Shown: piece by piece, positions 63,601-64,000 of the stretch | Position numbering within the stretch: the first letter of the stretch is position 1 | Layout of the letters: each line of letters starts with the position of its first letter | Notes under the pieces: generated by a model | The model's database searches: none | What the model saw: only the letters and a program-made list of their open reading frames with translations | Told to the model about the DNA's origin: nothing | DNA from: Candidatus Magasanikbacteria bacterium RIFCSPLOWO2_12_FULL_43_12 | Lineage (GTDB): Bacteria > Patescibacteriota > Patescibacteriia > Magasanikbacterales > UBA922 | Direction of reading: 5' to 3' | Length of the DNA stretch: 64,000 nucleotides | Assembly (NCBI GenBank): GCA_001783065.1 | Contig: MFQN01000003.1 | Coordinates: 15,314 to 79,313, forward strand | Made by a program: the position numbers and the translations under genes

Positions 63601-64000
63601 AATCCGGCCGTTGATGTGACGGCTTAAGTCGCGCTCTAAACAGTAGCCGTTCCAGCCGATGCGCGTGTTGCGTTTTATCTGGCGAATGCAAGCGCCGCTA
63701 TTCACTTCATCATCTTTATCAGCGCAATCTTTATTTGAACTGCACGACTTGCCGTCATTCGGGCCGTCTTGGCAAATGCCGCCTTTTTGCAAATCCTGAT
63801 GCAATACGCCGCCAAGCTCGTAATATTTCGTTTCTTCCGCGGAATTATTACTGCCATATTCAACTTTAATATAATTGCAGTCGCAATTTTCTCCCTCGGC
63901 GCAAAAACTGGCATTGGTTAAAAATGACTGTGTGAATTGCGACACATCGTCTAATTTTCCTTTGAACGGACTGGCCTGTTCCGGATAACCGCGGCATTCT
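60694..64000 (-). CDS. large cysteine-rich secreted/surface protein (>1100 aa; 5' end beyond the window)
   Basis: The frame stays open from the ORF-track GTG start (63945) to the window edge, so the gene is partial. Many Cys pairs (CDCNY, CSSNKDC, CTGECDK, etc.) and Asn/Asp/Gly/Trp-rich. Its 3' region is the source of the dispersed fragments at 41480, 56867, 57700 and 58500. Confidence 0.75.
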   Translation of the reverse strand, partial: ECRGYPEQASPFKGKLDDVSQFTQSFLTNASFCAEGENCDCNYIKVEYGSNNSAEETKYYELGGVLHQDLQKGGICQDGPNDGKSCSSNKDCADKDDEVNSGACIRQIKRNTRIGWNGYCLERDLSRHINGRIDDAPDAFACLTWLPLDYVPGLFDIYYSDPSIGYVPPTGKGSPGRAYCTEMLGVGGLSPDLEFDCDLTKKWSSNDKLGYNLCDNGNFSGGGVYNLSPESFGFEKIQQSAWQMIGLLSGSLNGFTTDGFNSVGTYHYISRVDVAVTPAKDNGYGTIPDNSGWSYLPDSAENDWMWDRAGGKWDDNYGYEDNTLGQLLKKNSIYFATAMATGGYSPKEPEKTKPYAALFPDVEWPPGNNDYFTPSKAVVYQNNDGFKIETVAVEDHDSGILRHGPNKAETLLTKDMIYAVSFVPLWLSENGDDGVDDPVVPGMGMPLTIYLDKDYPNVLGESVNLDMKKSAAMGNCSFCKYWTMKTEHKTDKLNNNNPVEGYLLQWMAMDPLYGEDPTTGDSSAIEEYVNANTYLVDPLASKSGKSDVDCKTGKEDDNHFIAVEILFDKETGKFIGYRSRNCEELDADDGDEFGYAMAVIFTLKPMCVEAVKVVDLDGKNKAYTDNVWPYGKFAAKQKVNNVDYGADAAPFGSARFNNLDNCDADNPWCYLYPNPTNDILHAGTPWQCLQSFESTAKVKFNGWCTLSEDWLGKSSGYNRDEEVQDDWTEDNSPEIIEPKHDILNWLFATIYERAYRMLTSAKTYNPYGWGIAQEPFTKNAENQMLFGDYASVNGTPPKIYPAVDCVGQKCKLDSKEQGFSVNGIIKNKVDDKLFGIKTKMAQVQFFAWADHNQMPLRRIMVDWQEKGYGKPDNTISGISQGYYTNYKPYCGDNSGKAKECVNYYKDGTALEIYPGQTCNNENECPSSKINLDNFVEWYECEDVGPKFGNQPNKTCKDSPVIRIFNYTCDVDNGQAVAVKDFKTVTNNSINLAGISIDESLGKKWYNFLIDKGYENDDLVCVFQPRVQVLDNWGWCTGECDKTYKDLQLPSVSKKSTGCYNEYPWNTTDLSETNDQCALENKQVGIYQWVNFDNIIVVAPGD

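Noticed and set aside
1-64000. CRISPR array or rRNA genes
   Set aside because: None was found. The tandem repeats present are 7-8-nt microsatellites or dispersed elements without a repeat-spacer periodicity. tRNA-Ile is not accompanied by 16S/23S sequence in this window.

Overview
AT-rich (about 40% GC) bacterial chromosomal segment with a reduced housekeeping repertoire: recG, LCP-family protein, der/engA, pth, dprA, folC, topA, comF, Hsp20, a VanW-domain protein and SppA. These sit beside a large accessory component. The gene content (type IV secretion-like VirB4/VirB6 cluster, giant secreted proteins, many toxin-antitoxin pairs, tRNAs with and without encoded CCA) resembles candidate-phyla-radiation/Patescibacteria-type genomes; this assignment is inference only. 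Main blocks: (1) 1-1.3 kb, a minus-strand tRNA array (tRNA-Ile, tRNA-Val and three anomalous tRNA-like elements) followed by a RelE/ParE-like toxin-antitoxin pair; (2) 1.4-5.0 kb, a giant repeat-containing surface protein; (3) 5.1-5.7 kb, a GC-rich, ORF-less island; (4) 5.9-27 kb, housekeeping genes interrupted by in-frame GC-rich palindromic insertions and in-frame heptanucleotide tandem repeats; (5) 27.3-40.8 kb, a repeat-flanked VirB4/PrgI-like/VirB6-like (T4SS-like) cluster; (6) 41-59.4 kb, HicAB, four HEPN/nucleotidyltransferase pairs, and an RHS/YD-repeat polymorphic toxin locus (a 2390-aa main gene with a barnase-like C-terminal toxin plus barstar-like immunity, and three orphan C-terminal/immunity cassettes); (7) 60-64 kb, a GC-rich lipoprotein islet and a >1083-aa cysteine-rich secreted protein whose gene fragments are scattered through the toxin-antitoxin/RHS region. 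No rRNA and no CRISPR array are present. All calls are by eye from the sequence and ORF track; no searches were run.
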